DNA of 61,415 bases, taken from contig JBIJBT010000002.1 of NCBI GenBank assembly GCA_044345055.1, positions 1 through 61,415 on the forward strand. The letters are read 5' to 3'. The first letter of the stretch is position 1. Each line of letters opens with the position of its first letter. This document shows positions 8,529-17,818 of this stretch, one piece after another. The DNA comes from Bdellovibrionota bacterium. Its GTDB lineage: Bacteria > Bdellovibrionota_C > UBA2361 > OMIW01. The notes beneath the pieces are model-generated. The model saw nothing but the letters and a program-made list of their open reading frames with translations, was not told the DNA's origin and ran no database searches. The position numbers and the translations under genes are program-made.

Positions 8529-10638
8529 CCCGATTGCTTCGCCGAGCAGCGGGGCGAACATCTTCTCGGCGACGACTCGGACCCTGACCAGCACGAACAT
8601 CTTCACGACGACGACTCGGACCACGAGCTACACCCTCAGAGGATCGGCCTCTGCGCTCGGTATCAGTGCGTCTGGGAGCTCGCGAATCAGCATCAATTCG
8701 ACGCGGAGGCCGAGTATCAGAATCAGCGCGACGAGGAGGCCGTGAATCGGCATCATTACGTCTAGGAGCTCTAGAATCGGCATCAACACGGCGAGGAGTT
8801 CGAGAAACTGCTCTAACTCCTTCTCTCCTGATCGGTTCTCTTCTTGTTGTTACTCGAGGCTCAGAACGGACTCGTTTTTCGCGAGGTCGCGCCACCTCCT
8901 CAAGTGGGGTCACCCGAAATCGACGATCTACGACCCACAACCGACGAAGCTTTTTTCTCGCCCCTTCGATAACCTCGGCAGGAATGCTAATTGTTGCCCG
9001 ATCATCGAGGAGACGAATCGCGCCGAGAAGACGGCCCGGAATTCCGACAGCATCGGCAACTGCACTCAATATCGTTTCGACCGTTAATCCATCAGCGCGA
9101 CCACCATTAAGCTCGCATAGAACCTGCGATCCACTATCAGTTGCGCCATCCTGTTTTTGCTCCGCCTCAACAACTCTTGGGCGCGCAATTACTGGACGGG
9201 CCTCATCCTCAGATGGAGCAGCCCTTTCCCTTCGACGTGCCTCTCCTAACCGGGATCCCGATTCTTTGGGGGCACTAAGTTCATCTGTCGCCTCCACTTT
9301 CGCTCTGCGCTCGGGCGCACGTCTTACTGGCATAATCGGATTATCTTGGTGCAACAACGCGCTTACCGCCGCTGCTATCTGAATCGGCGTAAGAACACCC
9401 TCTTCAACGATACCGTTAATGATCTCCTCATAGTTGGCGACCACTGGCTCCTGTGCTTTCTTCAAAATTGCAGCTCGGAACCGCTCAATCCGGACCGACC
9501 GAATTCCGAATATAGATGGTATTTCAAATGGAGATATCTTACCGTTGCTCGCTCGCTCAAGAGCGCGCAACCTAAATTTTTCTCTGGGCGAAATGAACGC
9601 TATCGCCGTCCCCTCGCGCCCCGCACGCCCCGTTCGACCGATACGGTGAATGTACGCTTCGATATCGCCAGGCACATCAAAATTAATAACGTGAGATACG
9701 ATACTGAGATCAAGTCCTCGGGCCGCAACATCGGTTGCCACGAGAAGCCGCCGCTTGCCAACCTTAAGATCCTCGACAACCCTCTCCCGCTCAGCTTGTC
9801 GCATATCTCCATTGAGTGCGACTGCATCGTGGCCGCGCTGCATTAGTGCATCGACTACCTCAATCGTGGCCGCTTTTGTTCGAACAAATACAACCATGGC
9901 AGAGAAATCTATCCCTGTCACAATCCGCTCTAGCGCCTCTACTTTCGTCATTCCCTGAACGATCCAGAATCGCTGATCAATCGCGGGCGCTGCAGCACTC
10001 GTCGAAGCAATTGAAACATCGACTGGTTCACGCAGAAATCGTTGTGCAAGATCTCGAATTATCGGTGGCATAGTTGCCGAGAATAAGAGGGTTTGCCGTT
10101 TTCCAGATGTCTGGCCCAAGATTGCTTCAACGTCATCTCGGAATCCCATAGCCAGCATCTCATCGGCCTCATCGAGCACAACCATGCGAACCCGATCGAG
10201 ATTAACCGTCCCTCGTCGCTGATGATCAGATAATCGTCCCGGGGTCGCGACAACGATCTGAGGAGAGTCTCGGAGCTCTTTTAATTGGCGATCGTATCGC
10301 GCCCCTCCGTAAAGCACTGCCAGCTTTACCCACGGCATGCCGCCGGCGAAGGTGCGAATCGCCTCAGCGACCTGACACGCCAACTCACGTGTCGGCGCAA
10401 GGATAAGTGCCTGCACTCCCTTTGCTGATCGATCCAACCGATCAAGAAGGGGGAGAGCAAAAGCAGCAGTTTTTCCGCTGCCGGTCTGAGCTTTTCCGAT
10501 AATGTCCGAGCCGTTTAGTACGACAGGAATACTAGAGCGTTGAATCGGGGTGGGCTCAGAGAAGCCAAGGGATTCAACGGCAGAAACAACAGCAGGTGAT
10601 AGGCCGAGTGCGCCAAAAGGATGGATATCAGAGGTCAT
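8476..10638 (-). CDS. deaD: DEAD-box ATP-dependent RNA helicase (DeaD/CsdA-like) with Arg-rich repeat tail
   Basis: Q-motif FSEPTPIQ, AQTGSGKT, VLDEADEML, SAT, HRIGRTGRAG, then a DbpA-like region and a basic tail. Start set at ATG 10638 (MTSDIHPFGALGL); the track start at 10725 adds 29 implausible residues. Confidence 0.9.
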   Translation of the reverse strand: MTSDIHPFGALGLSPAVVSAVESLGFSEPTPIQRSSIPVVLNGSDIIGKAQTGSGKTAAFALPLLDRLDRSAKGVQALILAPTRELACQVAEAIRTFAGGMPWVKLAVLYGGARYDRQLKELRDSPQIVVATPGRLSDHQRRGTVNLDRVRMVVLDEADEMLAMGFRDDVEAILGQTSGKRQTLLFSATMPPIIRDLAQRFLREPVDVSIASTSAAAPAIDQRFWIVQGMTKVEALERIVTGIDFSAMVVFVRTKAATIEVVDALMQRGHDAVALNGDMRQAERERVVEDLKVGKRRLLVATDVAARGLDLSIVSHVINFDVPGDIEAYIHRIGRTGRAGREGTAIAFISPREKFRLRALERASNGKISPFEIPSIFGIRSVRIERFRAAILKKAQEPVVANYEEIINGIVEEGVLTPIQIAAAVSALLHQDNPIMPVRRAPERRAKVEATDELSAPKESGSRLGEARRRERAAPSEDEARPVIARPRVVEAEQKQDGATDSGSQVLCELNGGRADGLTVETILSAVADAVGIPGRLLGAIRLLDDRATISIPAEVIEGARKKLRRLWVVDRRFRVTPLEEVARPREKRVRSEPRVTTRREPIRREGVRAVSRTPRRVDADSRAPRRNDADSRPPRRADSDTRPPRRIDADSRAPRRTDTERRGRSSEGVARGPSRRREDVRAGQGPSRRREDVRPAARRSNRVSQDAPRAPRARRTPAR
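8647..8796 (-). repeat. five tandem 30-bp coding repeats (PRRxDADSRx) in the helicase tail
   Basis: Protein reads PRRVDADSRA PRRNDADSRP PRRADSDTRP PRRIDADSRA PRRTDTERRG, followed by a duplicated GPSRRREDVR unit. Confidence 0.9.
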
Positions 10639-11031
10639 AAACAACAATCGCAGTAACTTAACTATTTGGAAGCAAAATTCACCTAACCTCTCCCCTTCTT
10701 TCTGAAAAAAACAGAAAGAGAGCAATCCCTCTACCGAAGAATACGAGTTTCAAATTTGAGGGCTGAAGAGTGTACGAGAGGTCAGAAGGCCGCACGGAGA
10801 GCTTTTCAGCGGCGCAAAGGTCGGCCGACAGGCAACGGTGATCTAATAGATAAAGTATATATTAAACTGAATTAAAAATCCAGTGCGCCCCTCTTGTGAG
10901 GAAAAAACAGACCATAAGGAGGGCGGGTGTGGCGTTTATATACCCTAGTATGCGGGTTCACGCAGTAGTAGAAGACCCACAGTTCTTGGACCTTCACAAA
11001 TTACCCGCCACACCTTTTTTTCAGCCTCTCT

Positions 11032-11346
11032 CTACCGATTCGGCTGTTCCACTAACGACTCAGTGGGGAATTCGGGCGCTTTTCTGGTGAGGGATTCTAC
11101 ATGTTGGCGCCAAACTGCCTCATCCATCCGAATCGTTCCGCTGGTCTCTTTGTGGCTCCAGTATTCAGGCTGCTTTCCTTTTTTTGAGTGTCGGGGATGG
11201 CTAGGAGTGCGGCACAATACATCACCGGCCTCAGCGATATACATTAACCAATACCGAGCAGCTTCGAGATGCTCGGCCTCATAGACCTCTTCAACGGTTC
11301 CCGCTGGTGTAAATCGAAACACAACAAAGGGTGCTTTCCACGACAT
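11032..11346 (-). CDS. hypothetical protein (about 104 aa) downstream of sucA
   Basis: Start at ATG 11346 (MSWKAPFVVFRF...) with GGAGAAAG upstream. No motif recognised. Confidence 0.5.
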   Translation of the reverse strand: MSWKAPFVVFRFTPAGTVEEVYEAEHLEAARYWLMYIAEAGDVLCRTPSHPRHSKKGKQPEYWSHKETSGTIRMDEAVWRQHVESLTRKAPEFPTESLVEQPNR

Positions 11347-11507
11347 AGTACTTTCTCCAAACCCACCCCTCGCTTTAGGGATGTCCACTAGCCCATAACA
11401 GTAGGTTTGGAATCGGCAAAGCGTGGCAGAAACTTGAGTCTCAGGAGAATGCTTTTTTGGTTCGAGAGAAGATCATGAGGAGCGGCCTAAATTCGCTCCA
11501 TCACCAA

Positions 11508-14366
11508 CTATAATTTCAGAGCAGCGGCAACTATTCGCGCCTGCTGGCGGGCATGAAACGATCCAGATCCATCAGCCGTGCTCGCCGCCTCTTCTCTACC
11601 GACATACTCGAGATTAACTCCGAGCAGCCGCCGAAATAGAGGTTCGACATACCGCCAAGCTCCCATATTTTCGTGTTCCTCTTGAACCCAGAGAGCACTC
11701 TTACAATCCGGGAAATTAGTGAGCACCTCACGTAGCTGCTCTACTGGGAATGGATAAAGCTCTTCAAGACGAACAATTAATGTTTTTGGCAGTGCGCCCT
11801 CTGCCCTAGCTCGGGCGACAAGGTCGTGATAAATCTTCCCGGAGCAAAACACAACTCGGCCCGCTGACGGCCCTTCTCCAACGGAGTCAACAAGGACCGA
11901 TTGAAAGCTACCACCTGTAAGTTCCTGCCTTGTCGCCGCCGCATCTGGAAGCCGGAGCAAACTTTTACCGGTCATAACAATAAGCGGGCGCTGAGGCTCG
12001 GTATAGGCGTGACGACGCAGCAGGTGAAAGTGTTGTGCAGCAGTCGATGGATAAGCAACTGTAATATTGCCCTCTGCTGCTATCTGAAGGAACCGCTCCA
12101 GTCTTGCGCTGGAGTGCTCGCTTCCCTGCCCCTCGTAAGCATGTGGCAAAAGCAATACCAATCCTGAAAGCTGTCCCCACTTCGACTCAGAGCTCGATAA
12201 AAATTGATCAATATAGACCTGAGCGCCATTGACGAAATCGCCGAACTGACCCTCCCAAAGAGTGAGGTCGTTCTGTGCTACATGAGCGTAACCAAACTCA
12301 TATCCGATTATCGCGGACTCAGAGAGTGCACTAGTAATAATCTCAACTGCCCCCTTTTTAGCCTCGGTAGCCGGAGCAATGTCTGAGAGTGGAATAAAGG
12401 GTGCGCGCCCCTGCGAATCAAAAATAACAAGATGTCTTTGGCTAAACGTTCCGCGACCGGCATCTTGTCCACTCAACCGCACCCGCTTACCCTCACGAGC
12501 GAGTAGACCAAAAAGGAGGCCTTCAGCGAGTCCCCAATCGATCCCTACTCCCTTTTCAACCGCCTGAACTCGCTTTTCGAGCAAAGTTTTTACCTTCGGG
12601 TGAGGCTCAAAATCCCCAGGAAAACGGGTCAAAGAGCGAGCGATCTCAACTATTTCATCATCGGCAATTGCGGGGATGGGGAGCCGAGTACGCCGCTTTC
12701 CATGCAATGGCGAGGCCTCGCCGATTATAGTTGCCGCAGCAAGACCTCGATTGTGGTTAAATTCTTCAATGAATTCGCTCCGCATCGCTCCAGCATCTTC
12801 TTCGGAAACAACCCCCTCTCCTACTAATAAATCGCGGTATCGCTGGTACGGAGATGGCCGATTCCTTATCTCTTGGTACATCATCGGCTGAGTGAAGGTA
12901 GGATCGTCCCCTTCATTGTGGCCATATTTACGGTAGCAGATAAGGTCTATTAAAATCCCTCGGCCCGTTTCAGCTCGCCAACGCGCAGCCAATTCAGCCG
13001 CCCAGAGACAGGCGTCAACATCATCGCCATTGACATGAAGAACCGGCAAATTAAATGCTTTTCCGGTATCGGTGCAATAATCGGAGGAGCGCGATTCAAG
13101 TGGAGTCGCGGTAAAGCCTACCTGATTGTTGATGACGATGTGCAACGTTCCACCAACGTCGTAGCCGCACAGTCGCGCTAGGTTATATGCCTCAGCGACA
13201 ACTCCTTGTCCGATTATCGCTGCATCTCCGTGGAGAACGATCGGCAATACAGACCCGGGCGTTGTGTTGTGTTTGGTAACCTGAAGCCCCTTGGCCATCC
13301 CCTCAACTACCGGATTGACGAACTCAAGATGCGAAGGGTTGGGAGCTAACGTGACCGTCAGTGGATCCCCGTGAGGTACAGAGTAGGTCGTGCGATACCC
13401 ATGGTGATACTTGACATCACCTGCTCCCGCGGCGGCGTACCACGTTTTATCTTCGAACTCACGAAAAATATCTACCAACGGCTTGTGAAGAATGTTTGCC
13501 AAAACATTCACACGACCACGGTGCGCCATCCCGATGACCGCCTCGCGGGTCCCTCGTGTCGCCACCGAGGCAAGTGCCCGGTCTATCATCGGAATGACTG
13601 CTTCGCCACCCTCAACCGAGAAGCGCTTAACCCCGACATACCGCCGATGAATCTCCGATTCGAGCCCCTCAGCCCGTGTCATCAAACGAAGCGCCCGACG
13701 CCGATCCTCCGCTCCCACCTCGCGGAACTCGCTCTCAATAATCCAATACCACCATTCTCGCTCTTGCTTGTCAGGAAGGTGATGAACCTCAAAACCGATC
13801 GTTCCACAATAGGCTCGGGTCAAGCCAGCAACACAATCAGCGACCGTCTCAGGAGCTGGCGCCAGAAATGAATTTGCTACTGTGCCAGCTCCAATGCGCT
13901 CGTCGGGTTGTACGCCAAAGGCATCCGCCGAAAGCTCAGGAACAGCACGTGGTGTTAAAACACCGGCTGAAAGTGGATTTACACGCGCCGCAAAGTGTCC
14001 CGAGCGGCGGAATGCCTCTTGCAGACCCTGCACCGCGAGCAGCGCGGCCGCCCCTGTGGTTGCTACAACTGGGGGAACGGCTGCTGGTGCTGCGACCTTT
14101 ACACCGACCGCCGCAGAGCCATTCATGTATCCGTTCTGTTTCGGGCTTGTATCCGCACCCCGTTCATCCGAAAGTTGAGCGAAGTAGTTGGCCCATTCGC
14201 CCCCGACAAGACTAGGATCGGCTTGATAAAGGGCGTACAGCTCAGCAATATAGCCAGCATTTGGGCCCCACTGCTGAAACAGCGCTGGAGATCCCGCATG
14301 GGAAGACCGGGGCGCGGAGGATTGCGATGAAGGGGAAAGTGGTGCTGAAGGAAGTTGAGCGGACAT
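11508..14366 (-). CDS. sucA: 2-oxoglutarate dehydrogenase E1 component
   Basis: 952 aa with N-terminal NAGYIAELYALYQADPSLV...W..YF and a ThDP-binding core (GDAA..GQGVV.E). Confidence 0.95.
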   Translation of the reverse strand: MSAQLPSAPLSPSSQSSAPRSSHAGSPALFQQWGPNAGYIAELYALYQADPSLVGGEWANYFAQLSDERGADTSPKQNGYMNGSAAVGVKVAAPAAVPPVVATTGAAALLAVQGLQEAFRRSGHFAARVNPLSAGVLTPRAVPELSADAFGVQPDERIGAGTVANSFLAPAPETVADCVAGLTRAYCGTIGFEVHHLPDKQEREWWYWIIESEFREVGAEDRRRALRLMTRAEGLESEIHRRYVGVKRFSVEGGEAVIPMIDRALASVATRGTREAVIGMAHRGRVNVLANILHKPLVDIFREFEDKTWYAAAGAGDVKYHHGYRTTYSVPHGDPLTVTLAPNPSHLEFVNPVVEGMAKGLQVTKHNTTPGSVLPIVLHGDAAIIGQGVVAEAYNLARLCGYDVGGTLHIVINNQVGFTATPLESRSSDYCTDTGKAFNLPVLHVNGDDVDACLWAAELAARWRAETGRGILIDLICYRKYGHNEGDDPTFTQPMMYQEIRNRPSPYQRYRDLLVGEGVVSEEDAGAMRSEFIEEFNHNRGLAAATIIGEASPLHGKRRTRLPIPAIADDEIVEIARSLTRFPGDFEPHPKVKTLLEKRVQAVEKGVGIDWGLAEGLLFGLLAREGKRVRLSGQDAGRGTFSQRHLVIFDSQGRAPFIPLSDIAPATEAKKGAVEIITSALSESAIIGYEFGYAHVAQNDLTLWEGQFGDFVNGAQVYIDQFLSSSESKWGQLSGLVLLLPHAYEGQGSEHSSARLERFLQIAAEGNITVAYPSTAAQHFHLLRRHAYTEPQRPLIVMTGKSLLRLPDAAATRQELTGGSFQSVLVDSVGEGPSAGRVVFCSGKIYHDLVARARAEGALPKTLIVRLEELYPFPVEQLREVLTNFPDCKSALWVQEEHENMGAWRYVEPLFRRLLGVNLEYVGREEAASTADGSGSFHARQQARIVAAALKL

Positions 14367-14829
14367 AGAAAAACATACCAGATAGGGTCACAGGGGCCTG
14401 TAGCAGAGGCGATTATGATGCGCCGACCGGCCCGTAGAAGCGCTAAAATCGCTCGCACGGTATGAGATTACCGAACCTATACCGATGGTTCAAAGACGGT
14501 CTGTTATGGTACGACCTCTTCGTAAGTCGGTCAATGACTTCGGGAGCTTCAGCATTTTTATCAGAAGAACGTTTGCCTCTTGCTTTGCCCACTTCCAGCT
14601 GAAGATCCCCCACTTCATATTCCATACTTTCACCTTTGAGCTGTTCTTCCCGCTCGATTTGGGTTAAAACGGGTTTTCAGCAGGGGTTCACCACCAGCAT
14701 TTAGTGAAAAAATGATTTTCTGTCACAGATGTTACGATTACGGGGCCAGCTTTTAGCCAACCTGTTAAAGTTCTCCTTTGTTGTGATTTGGACCTTCAGT
14801 CCCCTTTTTGTTCTGGAGTTTTTGTTGAC

Positions 14830-15360
14830 ATGAGACGGCCGATGACCCCGCGTGGGTATGCACAGATGAGGAAAGAGCTTATGCGGCTTAAGGGGCTTCG
14901 CCCTGAGATAGCGAATCAGATCGAGGTAGCCCGAGGACATGGGGATCTCTCTGAGAATGGCGATTACGATGCGGCTAAAGAGCGCTCGGGGATGGTAGAG
15001 GCTAAGATCCGTGACTTTGAGGCAAAATTGGCGGCGGCGGATATCATCGACCCAAGAAGGCTCGCCGACACGAGGCGGGTTGTTTTCGGATTGACCGTTG
15101 TTATCGAGGAGGTAGACTCAGGGGAGTCTCGTCGAATTTCGATAGTCGGAGAAGATGAGAGCGATATCGACCGTGGGATGATTTCAGTTACAGCACCGCT
15201 CGGGCGAGCTCTTATTGGAAAAGAGGTGGGAGATATTGCGCGGGTCAACGCACCGGGCGGGGCTCGTGAGTACGAGGTAATGGAGATAATGATCGACTAC
15301 ACCGAAGAGGAAGAAGCAGATGGAGCGCGAGGCGAAGAGCCCTCGAATAGCGAAGCCTGA
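14830..15360 (+). CDS. greA: transcription elongation factor GreA with short acidic C-terminal extension
   Basis: MRRPMTPRGYAQMRKELMRLKG..RPEIANQIEVARGHGDLSENGDYDAAKE... Start set at ATG 14830 rather than the alternative start at 14788. Confidence 0.9.
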   Translation: MRRPMTPRGYAQMRKELMRLKGLRPEIANQIEVARGHGDLSENGDYDAAKERSGMVEAKIRDFEAKLAAADIIDPRRLADTRRVVFGLTVVIEEVDSGESRRISIVGEDESDIDRGMISVTAPLGRALIGKEVGDIARVNAPGGAREYEVMEIMIDYTEEEEADGARGEEPSNSEA

Positions 15361-15423
15361 GACGGCTATCTGCGACCTTTAGCTCCTAAGCGCTCCCACG
15401 ACTGAATAGCGTGTAACTATTCG

Positions 15424-17286
15424 ATGATCTCCCCCGAAAGCATCCAGACTCTCCGCGACACAGTCCGCCTCATCGATATTATGAGAGAGGATTGTGATCT
15501 AAAACGCTCAGGCAGCCGCTGGGTATGCTGCTGCCCGTTTCACGCCGAGCGTACCCCATCCTGTTTTATCAATGAAGATCAGAACAGCTATCACTGTTTT
15601 GGGTGCGGAGCCTCTGGTGACGCAATCGGCTATGTAATGTCAGCCAAGGGGCTAGCCTTTGCAGAGGCTCTGGAATTTCTCGCGGCGAAATACGGTATTA
15701 CCCTTGTTCACGTTTCTCGGGACGGATCGGCGGTGCGGGGTGAGGATCGGCGAGCTAAGGGAGAACTCGAACGAGCGCTATCCGAGGGGCAACGTTTTTT
15801 CCGCTGGTGTTTGGAAAGAGCACCTGACGAGGTTCGATCATACCTCTCTTCTCGTGGGATTACTGAAGAGGCGATCCAGGCCTTTGGAATCGGATTTGCG
15901 CCTGTCCGAGGAGAGGGGGTGCTTCCGTGGTTGAGAAAAGCAAATATCTCCGATGAAGTTGGGATAACGGTCGGATTGCTTAAACGGCATGAATCGGGAC
16001 AACTTATTCCGGCATTTCGGGGCCGAATCATTTTTCCGATAATTTCTGAGCGGAATCAGGTAATCGGGTTTGGCGGGCGAATAGTACCATCGCTTTTTTC
16101 GGATGATCGCGACCGTCCTAAATATCTTAATTCAGTTGAAACTCCGCTCTATAGGAAGCATAAGACTCTATACGGGTTACCATTGGCGATGCGGGCTATT
16201 CGTGAGCGTGGAGAGGTTATCATCGTTGAGGGATACCTCGATGTAATCGGATTGTGGCAAGCCGGAGTGCGGCATGTAGTTGCATGTTGTGGTACGGCCT
16301 TGACTCCTGATCATGCGGAGCGGCTGGCTCGATTAGTCCGTCGCTTGGTGGTGATTTTTGATGGCGATGATGCCGGTCGAGGGGCAGCAGCGAGAGCTTT
16401 TAAGACGATCGCCGACGTTCCAGTTGATGTGTGGGCCTCTTTTCTTAGTGACGGGGAGGATCCGTTTGACGTTGCGCGCAGATTGAATGGCGGAACTGCC
16501 GATTACCTCGATTCCTTGCCGAAGAGATCGCTCCTTTCAGCCTTTATCGACGATCACATTCGTCGGGCGGGTGGTGAAGAATCGCTTGGCCCCGTTGCTC
16601 GCTCATCATTGAGTGAACAGGTGCGAGAGGTGTTGAGTACGGTGAGTCGCGATGTGGTGCGACACGAATTAATTCGGGAGGCGGCATCGAGATTGCGGAT
16701 TGATCCCAATTTGCTTAATCCTGGGCTACCAAAGCCTCAGATAGCTCAGGCAGCAGCGCGAGCCGAAGAGGGTGAGGTTGAGTCATCGCAAGGAGAATCA
16801 ACGGATTCATCCGATCTATCTGGTGGACTAACGGGGTTAGAACAGCAGCTTCTAATTGCGGTCATGGGGCGGTGGGAAACCGCACCAGCGCTCGTTTTGA
16901 GCGACCCCGACGTATGCGCAGCGTTGAGTGGAAAAGTAGTAGAGTTTATTGAAACTCTCCACCGAATTGCTAAGGACGATGCAGGAGACTCCGAAAAAGG
17001 GGCCCGCGTCAAGCAGGAGCTGCGGCGGCGAGGCAAAGAGTGGATAGCCCTTTGGCGAAAAGCGTTTGCAATGGCCTCTGACCCGGGAGCGGACCTCGAC
17101 AAAATGTACCAAGACTGCGCCTGGTCATGTCGTCGCCAAAGGCTTGGCGAGGTGGCTCGAGAGGTAGAGCTAGAAATCGCAAGGGCTGAGAGCGACGAGG
17201 AGCGAGCTATTTTATTCGGCAGAAAACTCGCAATTCGTCGTCAACTTGACCAGTGTGCTTTACCCCGCCCAGGCAAAAGTTTATGA
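15424..17286 (+). CDS. dnaG: DNA primase
   Basis: Zinc ribbon CCPFHAERTPSCFINEDQNSYHCFGCGASGDAIGYV and a TOPRIM region (IIVEGYLDVI...FDGDDAGR). Confidence 0.95.
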   Translation: MISPESIQTLRDTVRLIDIMREDCDLKRSGSRWVCCCPFHAERTPSCFINEDQNSYHCFGCGASGDAIGYVMSAKGLAFAEALEFLAAKYGITLVHVSRDGSAVRGEDRRAKGELERALSEGQRFFRWCLERAPDEVRSYLSSRGITEEAIQAFGIGFAPVRGEGVLPWLRKANISDEVGITVGLLKRHESGQLIPAFRGRIIFPIISERNQVIGFGGRIVPSLFSDDRDRPKYLNSVETPLYRKHKTLYGLPLAMRAIRERGEVIIVEGYLDVIGLWQAGVRHVVACCGTALTPDHAERLARLVRRLVVIFDGDDAGRGAAARAFKTIADVPVDVWASFLSDGEDPFDVARRLNGGTADYLDSLPKRSLLSAFIDDHIRRAGGEESLGPVARSSLSEQVREVLSTVSRDVVRHELIREAASRLRIDPNLLNPGLPKPQIAQAAARAEEGEVESSQGESTDSSDLSGGLTGLEQQLLIAVMGRWETAPALVLSDPDVCAALSGKVVEFIETLHRIAKDDAGDSEKGARVKQELRRRGKEWIALWRKAFAMASDPGADLDKMYQDCAWSCRRQRLGEVAREVELEIARAESDEERAILFGRKLAIRRQLDQCALPRPGKSL

Positions 17287-17818
17287 TTGGCGGCTTTCGT
17301 GACCAGCGAGACGCGCTTCGAACGCTGCATGGTCGCATACGCTTTTTTGCGAGATGCTGAGTCTCTCGGATGGTGCGATTGATTGGGTTGGTGTAGAGTG
17401 CGGAGGTCTGTGCGCCTTGAACCGGTGTTGTGCGCCCCGATGGTGCATTTTCCGGTGCTAACTGACGAAGATCAATAGACTTTTGGGGGCTAGTAACGGG
17501 TTTTCAAATTCACGCACACGTTCTACCGCTCACATGAAAGGTAGTTTCAAAAGGAGCGAGTAGGGTGAAGGAAGCTTTCATCGGCGCATTTATTGGTTAT
17601 GTGCTCGTAAAAATACTTCTCCTCGGGATTTGGTGTCGGCGCATTTCAATCATGGGTCGGAACCAGAGTGATGAGCATTCGTAGTTTCTCCACATTACGG
17701 AGAGGCAATTCAACCGGATTTGGCGGCGTGCAGGAGACAGCAGAGTTTCGGAAATAACAGAGCGACGGGCAGTTTTGCGCAGAGTAGAAGCTTCGTCGTG
17801 GTAAACTGTGGTGCGTGA

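Noticed and set aside
8560-8800. Possible CRISPR array; the 18-bp repeats at 18128-18304 and 39-bp repeats in 34430-34610 were also considered
   Set aside because: All of these are in-frame tandem coding repeats without unique spacers. No cas genes are present in the window.
8666-9382. 238-aa plus-strand ORF antisense to the DEAD-box helicase
   Set aside because: It is an Arg/Ser-rich shadow of the Arg-rich helicase tail and the helicase domain. The helicase frame carries all conserved motifs.
14443-14625. 60-aa minus-strand ORF upstream of sucA (MEYEVGDLQLEVGK...) with an AGGTGA-like RBS
   Set aside because: No motif, short length, and a competing plus-strand ORF. This is insufficient support to call a gene.
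17287-17818. 532-bp dnaG-rpoD spacer inspected for an RNA gene or small protein, for example a 39-aa hydrophobic ORF starting with GTG near 17566 (coordinate estimated)
   Set aside because: I could find no recognisable tRNA, tmRNA, 6S or RNase P features, and the small ORF has no supporting signal.
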